64,000 bases of DNA. Origin: Thermoleophilia bacterium. Lineage in GTDB: Bacteria; Actinomycetota; Thermoleophilia; BMS3ABIN01. The notes below the pieces were generated by a model, which saw nothing but the letters and a program-made list of their open reading frames with translations, made no database searches and was not told the origin of the DNA. The DNA lies in the NCBI GenBank assembly GCA_020053595.1, contig JAGVMV010000006.1, positions 49,325 through 113,324 of the forward strand, in the 5' to 3' direction. The number at the start of each line of letters is the position of its first letter. Within the stretch, counting starts at the first letter, position 1. Positions 30,501 to 41,249 of the stretch are shown in pieces. The translations under genes were made by a program, and so were the position numbers.

Positions 30501-31663
30501 CCCTCGGCATCACCGAACACACCACCGGCACGGCCAATGTCATGAACCTGGCCAACCTGGCCATGGTGACCGGCCATGTCGGCGTCGAGCATGCCGGCGT
30601 CAATCCGCTGCGCGGCCAGAACAACGTCCAGGGAGCCTGCGACATGGGCGCTCTGCCCAACGTCTTCTCCGGCTACAGGCCTGTCAACGAAACGGAAAAC
30701 GTCGCCATTTTCGAAAAGAAATGGGGGGCGAAACTCAGCGATATGTCCGGACTGCGCATCCCGGAGATGTTCGACGAGATCATGGACGGCAAGCTCAAGG
30801 CGATGTACATCATGGGTGAAGACCCGGTGCTCACCGACGCCGATGCCAACCATGTCCGCAAAGCCATGGACGGCCTCGAGTTCCTGGTCGTGCAGGATAT
30901 ATTTCTGACGGAAACCGCCAAATACGCCGACGTGGTTCTACCGGCCGCCCTTTACGCGGAAAAAGACGGCACCTTCACCAACACCGAGCGCCGGGTCCAA
31001 AGGGTGCGAAAAGCGGTCGAGGCTCCCGGCGAGGCCCGTGCCGACTGGGAGATCATCTGCGACCTGGCCGGCCGCATGGGCTACGAGATGAATTATGCCT
31101 CCCCGGAGGATGTCTTCGAGGAAGTCAGGAGCCTGACGCCAGCCTATGCCGGCATGACCTATGACCGGCTGGACATCGCCGGCCTGCAATGGCCGTGCCC
31201 GGATATTCACCATCCCGGCACGCCGTACCTGCATGAGGGGACTTTCCCCAGGGGCAGAGGACTGCTGCAGGGAATCGAGTACGAAGCTCCGGCCGAGCTC
31301 ACCAGCGAGGAATATCCGATCCTGCTGACCACCGGGCGCATGCTCTACCATTACAACGTTTCGACCAGGAAATCCGGAACCCTCGAATCAATGGCGCCGC
31401 ATGAGCTGGCGGAGATAAATCCCGCGGATGCCGCCGCGATCGGCGTGTCCGAGGATGACCAGATGCGCGTCAGTTCGCGCCGCGGCTCGGTGGTGACCAG
31501 GGTGAAGATAACAGACCGGGTGCCGCCCGGGATCCTCTTCATGACTTTCCATTACTGGGAGACCGCGGTCAACGAGCTGACCAATTCCGCTTTCGATCCC
31601 ATATCCAAGACTGCGGAATTCAAGGTCTGCGCGGTCAGGATTGAGAAAGCCGAAGATGTGTGA
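27536..31663 (+). CDS. fdhA: selenocysteine-containing formate dehydrogenase alpha subunit with an N-terminal fused 2Fe-2S/GltD(SfrB)-like NAD(P)H oxidoreductase module (TGA at 30032-30034 read as Sec)
   Basis: Track ORFs 27536..30034 and 30047..31663 are in the same frame, separated only by one TGA. The context CART-U-HAPTVAGLAISFGSGAMTNSINEV matches the FdhF active-site Sec motif. A hairpin follows the TGA.

N-terminus: 2Fe-2S cluster, two Rossmann motifs (VAVIGSGPSGL, LVVGGGFTALDA) and two 4Fe-4S motifs. Then the FDH Fe4S4 domain (CPLCGTGCNF) and a molybdopterin domain. Confidence 0.85.
30035..30075 (+). promoter_or_regulatory. bacterial SECIS-like hairpin downstream of the in-frame UGA
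   Basis: GGCC-GGUCU-GGCC stem-loop begins 14 nt after the TGA. The GGUCU apical loop resembles the fdhF-type SECIS loop. Confidence 0.55.
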
Positions 31664-32702
31664 ACCCGACCAGATAACTGTTCCCGTCCAGGAGGCCGTC
31701 GGCCTGGTGCTCAGCCACGACATCACCGAGGTCAACGCCCGAACTCACTACAAAGGCAGCGCCTTTCGCCGCGGCCATGTCATCAGCGAAGAAGATATAC
31801 CCAAGCTTCTGGACCTGGGCAAAGAGAACCTGTATGTGCTGGAGATGACCGAAGACCAGATGCATGAGGATGACGCCGTGCTGATGCTTGCCAAAGCGCT
31901 GGCGGGAGAAAACGCCCAGTTCATGCCTGAACCGCGTGAGGGACGGATCAACATCATCGCCGGCGTGACAGGCCTGCTCAAGGTTGACGTCGAGGCGCTT
32001 ATGCGGTTCAACCTGGTGGGCGAGGTCATGTGCGCCAGCCGCCATACGAATACGATCGTTCAGGCCGGAGACATCGTCGCCGGAACCCGGGCGATTCCGC
32101 TGGTTGTCGAAAGGGAACTGGTCCGGCAGGCGGTCGCCGGGGCCGAGGCGGCCGGGGGGATAATCTCCGTGCGGCCACTCAAGGCCGCCCGGACCGCTAT
32201 CATCATCACCGGCAACGAAGTCTATACCGGCCGCATCGATGACGCTTTCGAACCGATCATCCGGGAAAAAGTGGAAACCCTGGGCTCATCCATCGTCAGC
32301 GTGACCAAGTGCCCGGATAACCTGCTGGCCATCAGGCAGGCACTGCTGGAGGCACGCGAGGCGGCCGACCTGATCGTCATGACCGGCGGCATGTCCGTCG
32401 ACCCCGATGACCTGACGCCGCTGGCGGCGCGCGAGGCCGGCGCCGACATCTCGGCCTACGGCTCAGCCGTTCTTCCGGGAGCCATGTTCATGGTCAGCTA
32501 TTTTGAGGATGGTACACCGGTGCTGGGGGTTCCCGCCTGTGGCATCCACCATCCCCGAACCATCTTCGATCTCATCCTGCCCCGGGTGCTGGCCGGAGAA
32601 AAAATCAGCGGCGCCGATATCGCCCGGCTGGGCCACGGCGGCCTCTGCCTGGATTGCCCGGAGTGCGACTTCCCGGTCTGCCCCTTCGGCAAGTCCAGCT
32701 GA
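31656..32702 (+). CDS. MoeA-like molybdopterin metal-insertion protein, paralog B (Cys-rich tail CLDCPECDFPVCPFGK)
   Basis: Collinear with, and about 65-70% identical to, the protein encoded at 20663..21712. Starts with the same MCE. Overlaps the FDH stop by a few nt. Confidence 0.65.
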   Translation: MCEPDQITVPVQEAVGLVLSHDITEVNARTHYKGSAFRRGHVISEEDIPKLLDLGKENLYVLEMTEDQMHEDDAVLMLAKALAGENAQFMPEPREGRINIIAGVTGLLKVDVEALMRFNLVGEVMCASRHTNTIVQAGDIVAGTRAIPLVVERELVRQAVAGAEAAGGIISVRPLKAARTAIIITGNEVYTGRIDDAFEPIIREKVETLGSSIVSVTKCPDNLLAIRQALLEAREAADLIVMTGGMSVDPDDLTPLAAREAGADISAYGSAVLPGAMFMVSYFEDGTPVLGVPACGIHHPRTIFDLILPRVLAGEKISGADIARLGHGGLCLDCPECDFPVCPFGKSS

Positions 32703-32733
32703 ACCGGCTGATGATCGCGGGAGGCTCATCATA

Positions 32734-33321
32734 ATGAAATCCCTCGAAGAGCACCTGGCTGAAACCGCCGCTTTCCACGGCGGCGATTGCCCCGGCCAGA
32801 CCCTGGGAGTGCGCCTGGCCCGTGCCGGCCTCGAACAGATCGGTGTCGACGAGCCCCTCTCCGACCGCTGGCGCAAGAACATCATGGTCTACGTCGAGAT
32901 CGACCGCTGCGCCGCCGACGCCCTGATGATCGTCACCGGCTGCCGTGTCGGCAAACGGACGCTGAAGATCGTCGACTACGGCATCATGGCAGCCACCTTC
33001 ATCAACCTGAAGACCGGCAAGGCAGTGCGGGTCATCGCCAGGGAAGAGGCCCGGTCGCTGGCGCCGAAGTACGCGCCGGAAGAAACCAGCAAATACGAGC
33101 AGCAACGCCAGGCCTACCGGGTGATGCCCGACGAGGAGCTGCTGAGCTTCGAGGAAGTGAAAGTGACGATCCCGCCGGAAGACCTGCCGGGCAGCCCGAT
33201 CTCCCGGGTGGCCTGCGAGCGCTGTGGTGACCATGTGGTCGATATGCGCGAGGTGAAGATCGACGGTGTCACACTCTGTCGCCCCTGTGCCCGGGGTGGG
33301 TATTTTACCCGCGGGAAATAG
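32734..33321 (+). CDS. FmdE/FwdE-family protein with C-terminal zinc ribbon, paralog B
   Basis: MKSLEEHLAETAAFHGGDCPGQTLGVRLA is near-identical to the N-terminus of the 21722 product. GGGAGG RBS at 10-nt spacing. The track ORF 32503.. includes a spurious 5' extension. Confidence 0.75.
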   Translation: MKSLEEHLAETAAFHGGDCPGQTLGVRLARAGLEQIGVDEPLSDRWRKNIMVYVEIDRCAADALMIVTGCRVGKRTLKIVDYGIMAATFINLKTGKAVRVIAREEARSLAPKYAPEETSKYEQQRQAYRVMPDEELLSFEEVKVTIPPEDLPGSPISRVACERCGDHVVDMREVKIDGVTLCRPCARGGYFTRGK

Positions 33322-33386
33322 TTCCCCGAAATAATCCAGAGCTCGGAATACTTGCAACCTGTAACGATATAGGTTACGCTACGACC

Positions 33387-33665
33387 GTGATCAGGGGGTT
33401 CAGGCATAAGGGGCTGGAGAAGTTTTTTCTATCGGGCGCTAAAGGTGGCATTCAGTCGAGCCACATAAAGCGGCTGCGATTGGTTCTCGGTCGCCTGCAA
33501 GCCTCGACCTCTCCGATGGATATGGACCTTCCAGGGCTTCATCTTCACGAGCTGACCGGTAAGCGTAAGGGTACGTGGTCGGTCAGAGTGAGTGGAAACT
33601 GGAGGATAACGTTTCGATTCGACGGAAAGGAGGCGGTCGATGTCGACTATGAAGACTACCACTGA
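33387..33665 (+). CDS. higB: HigB-like (RelE/ParE superfamily) toxin
   Basis: 92 aa. HxxGLEKFF...[13 protein letters not shown] is the typical HigB/plasmid-maintenance killer signature. Confidence 0.8.
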
Positions 33666-33960
33666 AAAGAGCATGGTTATGCATAATCCGCCCCATCCGG
33701 GAGAAGTGCTGCGGGAACTTTGTCTGGAACCACTGGGCCTGACTGTGACCGCTGCCGCTGATGCTCTCGGCATAAGCCGTAAGACGCTTTCGGCCATTCT
33801 CAACGGACGGGCTGGAATCAGTCCGGAGATGGCCGTCCGGCTCTCAATAGCTTTCGGCGCTTCGGCGGAGAGCTGGCTGAATCAGCAGACACAGTATGAC
33901 CTCTGGCTGGCTGAACAGAACCGCAAGAATCTCAAGGTGAGGAAGCTGTCGGCAGCCTGA
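33640..33960 (+). CDS. higA: HigA antitoxin (XRE-type HTH)
   Basis: [11 protein letters not shown] HigA signature and an HTH ([25 protein letters not shown]). An alternative start is at the Met at 33673. Confidence 0.8.
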
Positions 33961-33969
33961 TGCTGGACC

Positions 33970-34015
33970 TGGTGCCGCAGTTGGGAATCGAACCCACAGG
34001 GGTCACACTTGATTC
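33970..34015 (-). pseudogene. degraded tRNA 3' fragment (T-arm + acceptor 3' strand + CCA); possible att-site remnant
   Basis: The reverse complement reads ...CCTGTGGGTTCGATTCCCAACTGCGGCACCA (GGTTCGATTCC T-loop plus ACCA). No matching 5' acceptor strand or D-arm lies upstream, and the T-stem carries a mismatch. Confidence 0.35.
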
Positions 34016-34170
34016 TGGGTTTCGTGCTGGCGATCACAAGTAGCACCTTCTAGTCTACCCATTGGTTCTGGAAAAGCAGGACGTTTTCACTTCTATGAAG
34101 TCTGCTCTACATCATCAGTGAAGGTCTCCCTGTTATCCACCCGAATTTGTGACTCCATAGGGTAGAATAG

Positions 34171-36261
<2,091 letters not shown>

Positions 36262-36326
36262 GAATACTGAGAAACCCCCGGCGCTCGGAAATCGCCTGTT
36301 CAGCGATGGTAAGCCGGAACAAGAAA

Positions 36327-36362
36327 GGCCCCGAAACTTCCGGAGCCTTTCTATCGTTTTTA
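36327..36362 (+). terminator. putative rho-independent terminator after ligA
   Basis: GGCCCCG-aaacttc-CGGAGCC hairpin (one mismatch) followed by TTTCTATCGTTTTTA. Confidence 0.35.
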
Positions 36363-36519
36363 CGCTTGTACCCCTTGAGGGCTAAGGAACAGCCGGCGTG
36401 TCTGTTGGCGTATAGCCCAGTTTGGAATACTGATCGTCTATCCTCACCCTGATCTCCTTGAGCGGAACTCCTTCTTTTTGCCACTGGCTCACGGCCAGTG
36501 CGATATCCACTCATAAGTC

Positions 36520-36879
36520 TCAACCAGCTGCGTGCTTATCGAAGACGATATTATTACCGCTACCCGACTTTATGAAACAGTCAAGGTTGCTGTCATGCCC
36601 TTCCAGCTTGCCACAACCGCAATAGCAGGGGATGTATTTCAGGGCATCCGGGTTATCGACCGCGAACTGGTACGCTTCAGCGGTGCCCTTCGGCACAGTC
36701 GGGCCATAAGCGAAATCCGGCAGCTTGACTGTACTGGAGCCGCTGTCGCCCCGGGTCAGCATCCAGCCAAGCAGTCCGCCGCCTACGGCGACAACGAATA
36801 TTATTCCGGCGAAGACAGCGATCATCGCTGTCTTCGAAGAACCACTCTTCTTGTTCGGCTTACTCTTTTTATTTGCCAT
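36520..36879 (-). CDS. membrane-anchored Cys-rich protein (CYCGCG...C), possible metal-binding; followed by tandem in-frame TGAs
   Basis: N-terminal TM helix (AMIAVFAGIIFVVAVGGGLLGWML) and an extracytoplasmic domain with PCYCGCGKLEGHDSNLDC. Co-oriented upstream of CDF transporter genes. Confidence 0.5.
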   Translation of the reverse strand: MANKKSKPNKKSGSSKTAMIAVFAGIIFVVAVGGGLLGWMLTRGDSGSSTVKLPDFAYGPTVPKGTAEAYQFAVDNPDALKYIPCYCGCGKLEGHDSNLDCFIKSGSGNNIVFDKHAAG

Positions 36880-36908
36880 TTTTCACCACCCTTCGAACAG
36901 CATCAGTT

Positions 36909-37844
36909 TCAATGATTAATGTCGCAGTACTTTCCGTCAATTCCACAATGGATGGATTCCAGCTCCAGCGTTGAATGGACAATTCCAAAGTCGCTGGCCA
37001 GCTTCTCCCTCAGATCCGTCAGGATTCGACCACCTTCGCTGACCTTGACGTCATCGACCACCACGTGGCAGCTCAGGGCGTAAAGCTCCGACCCCAGCGT
37101 CCAGACATGCATGTCGTGGATGTCCAGCACGCCGTCTTCCTGCTTCATCTCCGCTACGAGGCGGTCGACATCGATGGCCCGCGGAGAGCTCTCCAGGAAG
37201 ATTTCCAGCGTCTCGCGGATTATCTGCCAGGCGCCCCGCAAAATGGCCAGGCCCAACAGGGCGCTGATCAATGGGTCGATCGGATACCATTCCGTGGCGA
37301 TGATGACGATTCCCGCCACTACCACCGCCGCCGAGGCGGCAGCGTCTCCCAGCAGGTGCAATACGGCGCTACGGATGTTGATATCGCCATGCGCCTTGCC
37401 CCTCAGGGCCCCGACTATTACCAGATTAGCACAGAGGGCAAGGGTAGCCGTAATGATGACGAGGGCGCCAGCGACCGGTTGAGGGTCGAGGAAGCGGTGC
37501 CAGGCTTCGTAGAAGATCCATAAGGTAACCGCAACCATTGCCAGCGCGTTGATCAGCGCCGTGAGGATACCCGTGCGGTGAAAGCCGAAAGTCTTTTCCG
37601 CGGTCGCCGGTTTCTTCGCCTGCTCGATAGCGAACCAGGTGATGCCAAGCGCCGCCATGTCGGTAAAGTTATGGACTGCGTCGCTCAGGAGGCCGAGGCT
37701 GCCAGAGACCAGGCCGGCCGCCACCTCCGCGACCACGATAACGAGATTCAGCCCGATTCCCGCCGCCAGGCCGCGTCTGATTCCATGGGAATGACCGGAA
37801 TCGCGCGAACCCCTGTCGCCGTGGTAATGCCTGGCGCCGCTCAT
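36909..37844 (-). CDS. cation diffusion facilitator (CDF) family metal efflux transporter
   Basis: Six TM helices, a CDF signature (HLLGDAAASAAV), a His-rich N-terminus and a C-terminal cytoplasmic domain. Confidence 0.85.
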   Translation of the reverse strand: MSGARHYHGDRGSRDSGHSHGIRRGLAAGIGLNLVIVVAEVAAGLVSGSLGLLSDAVHNFTDMAALGITWFAIEQAKKPATAEKTFGFHRTGILTALINALAMVAVTLWIFYEAWHRFLDPQPVAGALVIITATLALCANLVIVGALRGKAHGDINIRSAVLHLLGDAAASAAVVVAGIVIIATEWYPIDPLISALLGLAILRGAWQIIRETLEIFLESSPRAIDVDRLVAEMKQEDGVLDIHDMHVWTLGSELYALSCHVVVDDVKVSEGGRILTDLREKLASDFGIVHSTLELESIHCGIDGKYCDINH

Positions 37845-38494
37845 TGCTCCCTCGCTTCTTCCAGGGCTTCGCGGCCTTCCTTGATGATCAGCGGGAGCAT
37901 GGCCAGGGCTGCGATCGAATCAGCCCAGCCCCAGCCGAAGGCCGCATTCATGACCAGTCCCGTCAGTAACACCAGAGAGAGGTATGAGCACATCCAGGTT
38001 TCGACGGCGTCGGCGGCAAGGGCACGGCTACCGAGGGCCAGCGCCGTCCGCTTCTTGAGGAGGGCCAGCGCCGGCATGATGATCAGCGATGCCGCCGCCA
38101 CGATGATTCCCACCGTGCTTTCCTCGGCCTCTTTGCCGCTGAACAGCTTGTAGCCGGCCTCTGCCAATATATATACAGCCAGCGCGAAAAAGGTTATGCC
38201 GACGATGTACAGCGCCCGGCGCTCGAGCGTGGAATGCTCCTCTTCGGAAAGTTCCGAGCCGGCTTTCGACTCATGCTTGAGCCGCCAGAGAAGCGCGGAA
38301 CCGGCGGCGATCTCGATGACGCTGTCGAGCCCGAAGCCGACGAGGGCGATGCTCCCGGCGGCAATTCCGGCGCCGACGGCGACGATCCCTTCCAGGGTGT
38401 TGTAGCCGATGGTGAAATATTCCAGCCGCATGCCGCGGCGCAGGAGATGGCCGCGGTTTAGCTGCCCGGCGCTATGGCTCCGTATGGCCGACAT
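37841..38494 (-). CDS. cation-efflux-family membrane protein (TM domain only)
   Basis: CDF-like TM helices without a C-terminal domain. Overlaps its neighbours by 4 nt, consistent with an operon. Confidence 0.55.
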   Translation of the reverse strand: MSAIRSHSAGQLNRGHLLRRGMRLEYFTIGYNTLEGIVAVGAGIAAGSIALVGFGLDSVIEIAAGSALLWRLKHESKAGSELSEEEHSTLERRALYIVGITFFALAVYILAEAGYKLFSGKEAEESTVGIIVAAASLIIMPALALLKKRTALALGSRALAADAVETWMCSYLSLVLLTGLVMNAAFGWGWADSIAALAMLPLIIKEGREALEEAREQ

Positions 38495-38903
38495 GGTCTA
38501 GTCCGGTGGTAAAGAGTTTTAGTACGTGGTCATCGTCAAGCGAGTACCAGGCGACACGTCCCTCCTTGCGGAATTTCACCAGCTGGGTGTTGCGAAGGAC
38601 GCGCAGCTGGTGGGAAATCGCCGACTGGGTCATGTTCAGCGCGTCGGCGATATCGCAGACGCAAAGCTCGCCCTTCGAAAGCAGCGAGATGATGCGTAAC
38701 CGCGAAGGGTCGGACATGACCCGGAAGATCTGGGAAAGCTCGGAGGCGGTATCCCCGTCGATGATGTTTTTCTCGAGTTCTTCCACCAGATCGGGGTGAA
38801 TGCACTGCACATCGCAGACGTATTCCTCGGCGTTCCTGGTGTGTTTGCCGCCGCCTGCTTTCATTCCCTGCCGTGATTTATGAATAGATGAACGCATACT
38901 CAT
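38472..38903 (-). CDS. ArsR/SmtB-family metalloregulator
   Basis: HTH with the ELCVCDIA metal-sensing motif and a recognition helix (QSAISHQLRVL). Confidence 0.85.
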   Translation of the reverse strand: MSMRSSIHKSRQGMKAGGGKHTRNAEEYVCDVQCIHPDLVEELEKNIIDGDTASELSQIFRVMSDPSRLRIISLLSKGELCVCDIADALNMTQSAISHQLRVLRNTQLVKFRKEGRVAWYSLDDDHVLKLFTTGLDHVGHTEP

Positions 38904-39037
38904 ATATTATGCCGCAACGCGACTACCGTCAAACATGATTCCGGAAGGATTCTCGGTCCCCGAACGTTTCGTGGCCACGAAAAAAAGGGCCGGCAAGCCG
39001 GCCCTTTCGGGATTCATTTTCGTTTTTACCAGGCGGT

Positions 39038-40141
39038 CTAGTAAACGGTGACGGTCACCGTTCTCCGGCCCCAGGCATAGGCATCGCCGCAGGGCAGCCA
39101 GACATCGATCCTGTTGCCGACGATCGCACCGCCGGTATCAGCGGCGATAGCATCGCCATAGCCGGAAACGTGCACGCGGCTGCCCAGGGGTATGACTCTG
39201 GGATCGACGGCGATAATGCCGTGGCCTACCGGCATGCCGCTGGCGGTCGTGCCACCCAGGCAATATGCCGTGGCTTCCATGGAGTAGGAGGCGCCGCCAC
39301 CCAACGGGGGCGGTGAATAACCCGAGCCTCCGCCACCATCCGAGGACGCCGACGTGGCCTGCTGCTGCATCTCGTTCATGCGGGCCTCGATGCTGGCGGC
39401 CTCAGCCTGCATTTGGGCCAGCTGGCCCTGATTGGCCTGCATCTCGCTTTGAAGTGAGCCGGCGACGCTCTGCTGGCGGCCCTGGGCGTCCAGCAGGTTC
39501 GCCTGGGCAGCGCCAAGCTGCTCGGCGGTTCCTGCCAGCTGGTTCTGCATGTCCGAGAGGTTGGCGATCTTATCCTCGATGCCGCGCTTGGCGTCCTGAA
39601 CGGCGGTTATCAGCTGACGGTCCTCCTCGGCGATATAATTGATCATGTCGACCCGGTTGAGGAAGTCCGAGATATCGCCGGCTCCCATGACCATTTCAAG
39701 GTAGCCGACGTCGTCGCTCTTATAGCTGCCGCGCAAGCGTTTTTCGAGCGCTCCCTGGCGATTGTTCAGCTGGGACTGGTATTCATCGAGCCTTGCCTGG
39801 TCTTCAGCGATGGCCGCCTGAATATCCGCGCGCCGCTGGTTAGTGCCGGCGATCTCATTGCTGTAACGGGTCACTTCGCTATCGACCGCGACCAGGTTTC
39901 TGAGCGCCTGCTGATAATTGGCATCAAGTTCCTGCGACCTGGCTTCGAGGTCGCCGATCTGCTGGCTGTTTGCGCCCAGCTCATCGGCGGGAGTCGCCAT
40001 GGCGGAAGGAATAGCGAGCAGTGGAAGGATGAGAATGGGAAGTAAAAAGAAAAGTTTTGTCAGTACGGATGTTTTATGGTTGACTGTGTGTCTAATGAAA
40101 CCCGCTAAGATAACGTCCTCCAATATTTGATGACGATACAC
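39038..40141 (-). CDS. 3D-domain (MltA-like) protein with an N-terminal signal and a long Gln/Ala-rich coiled coil (YuiC/Sps-like)
   Basis: C-terminal 3D domain (GHGIIAVDPRVIPLGSRVHVSGYGDAIAADTGGAIVGNRIDVW). The central ~200 aa are coiled coil. Confidence 0.75.
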   Translation of the reverse strand: MYRHQILEDVILAGFIRHTVNHKTSVLTKLFFLLPILILPLLAIPSAMATPADELGANSQQIGDLEARSQELDANYQQALRNLVAVDSEVTRYSNEIAGTNQRRADIQAAIAEDQARLDEYQSQLNNRQGALEKRLRGSYKSDDVGYLEMVMGAGDISDFLNRVDMINYIAEEDRQLITAVQDAKRGIEDKIANLSDMQNQLAGTAEQLGAAQANLLDAQGRQQSVAGSLQSEMQANQGQLAQMQAEAASIEARMNEMQQQATSASSDGGGGSGYSPPPLGGGASYSMEATAYCLGGTTASGMPVGHGIIAVDPRVIPLGSRVHVSGYGDAIAADTGGAIVGNRIDVWLPCGDAYAWGRRTVTVTVY

Positions 40142-40437
40142 CGCTGGTGGCTCGAATCCCCACTACAGAGCCAAAAATGCTGGCAAAAAAGGGCCGTGGT
40201 TTCCAGGAAATGTCGCAAATTGCACTATTTTCCCCACTTTTTCACTGACCTCGGGGTTCTGGACCCCGGCCAAGGTGCGACTATAGCATCCCCTAAAATG
40301 GTATGCAAGCTATATAGTGACTATTGTATCTTGCGCTTTTCGGGTTTCAGTTTGCAGGGTATGGGGCAGGCAGCTGGAAACCTGCTGGAACAGGGGTCTG
40401 TGCCTGAATTATAAAAATCAGGATAACTAATGGACCG

Positions 40438-41052
40438 GTGCGGATGGATTGGAAACTTCTAATAACCTCTTTTATTACGATGGTGGTAATAATCGACCCG
40501 GTAGGCAACACCCCGGTCTTCCTGGCGTTGACCGCCGACGAACAGCCGGCGCGACGACAGCGCTTCGCGATCCAGGCGGTGATGGCCGCCGCGGTAGTGA
40601 TCTTCGTCTTCGGCTTCTTCGGCCAATATATCCTGGACTATCTGGGAATCTCCGTTGAGAGCCTGACCATAGCCGGCGGAATCCTGCTGGGAATTGTCGC
40701 GCTGGACATGATGAAAGGAAAGCTGGACGCCAACCAGCAGGTGCGCCGTGGCGCCAATGCGGCCCTGGTGCCCCTGGGGACGCCGCTTCTGGCCGGGCCG
40801 GGAGCGGTCGTTGCGGCCATGCTGCTCATGGGCCGTACCGGCGACGCCGGCGACAAGGCGCTGGTGGCTAGCGGCATCGCTGCCGCCCTTGCTGTGGTCT
40901 GGATAGCACTGGTCCTGGCAGGATGGCTGGTGCGGGTCCTGAGAGACACGGGTGTCGATTTGCTCACCCGCATCATGGGCATCCTGCTCGCGGCCATCGC
41001 CGTGGAGTTTATCCACCAGGCGGTGGTCAGCTGGATCAACGCCGGTACTTAG
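40438..41052 (+). CDS. MarC-family (UPF0056) integral membrane protein
   Basis: Six TM helices with MarC-family length and motifs (PVGNTPVFL). Confidence 0.8.
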   Translation: MRMDWKLLITSFITMVVIIDPVGNTPVFLALTADEQPARRQRFAIQAVMAAAVVIFVFGFFGQYILDYLGISVESLTIAGGILLGIVALDMMKGKLDANQQVRRGANAALVPLGTPLLAGPGAVVAAMLLMGRTGDAGDKALVASGIAAALAVVWIALVLAGWLVRVLRDTGVDLLTRIMGILLAAIAVEFIHQAVVSWINAGT

Positions 41053-41249
41053 TCCTGTTCTTCCGCGGCCGGTTCAGATTTCCCGCGACTGGCTCGCAGC
41101 TCCGCGTCCGCCCGTTTTTCGGGTTGCCGGACGGTGATGGTTAAAACCTCTGCTGAACGGGAAAACTTGCTAGAAATGATTGTGGAATCCTGCGGTGTCT
41201 GCTCTGATCATCGCGGTAGTTAACAATAAATCACGGAAATGAGGCACGA

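Noticed and set aside
27536-31663. Annotating 27536..30034 and 30047..31663 as two separate genes (ferredoxin/GltD-like protein and a start-less FDH).
   Set aside because: Same frame, a single TGA, an Fdh Sec-motif context and a downstream SECIS-like hairpin. Best explained as one selenoprotein.
32503-32733. 5' extension of the FmdE-like paralog as drawn in the ORF track (272 aa). Similar extensions occur on 47558..49207 (permease), 46128..46553 (MNT) and 23510..23611 (mobAB).
   Set aside because: The extensions are Arg/Pro-rich and non-homologous. Internal Met or GTG codons with SD sequences match the paralog or family N-termini.
33970-34060. Calling an intact tRNA gene downstream of higA.
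   Set aside because: Only the T-arm, acceptor 3' strand and CCA are recognisable. There is no complementary 5' acceptor strand, D-arm or anticodon arm, and the T-stem has a mismatch. Treated as a remnant.
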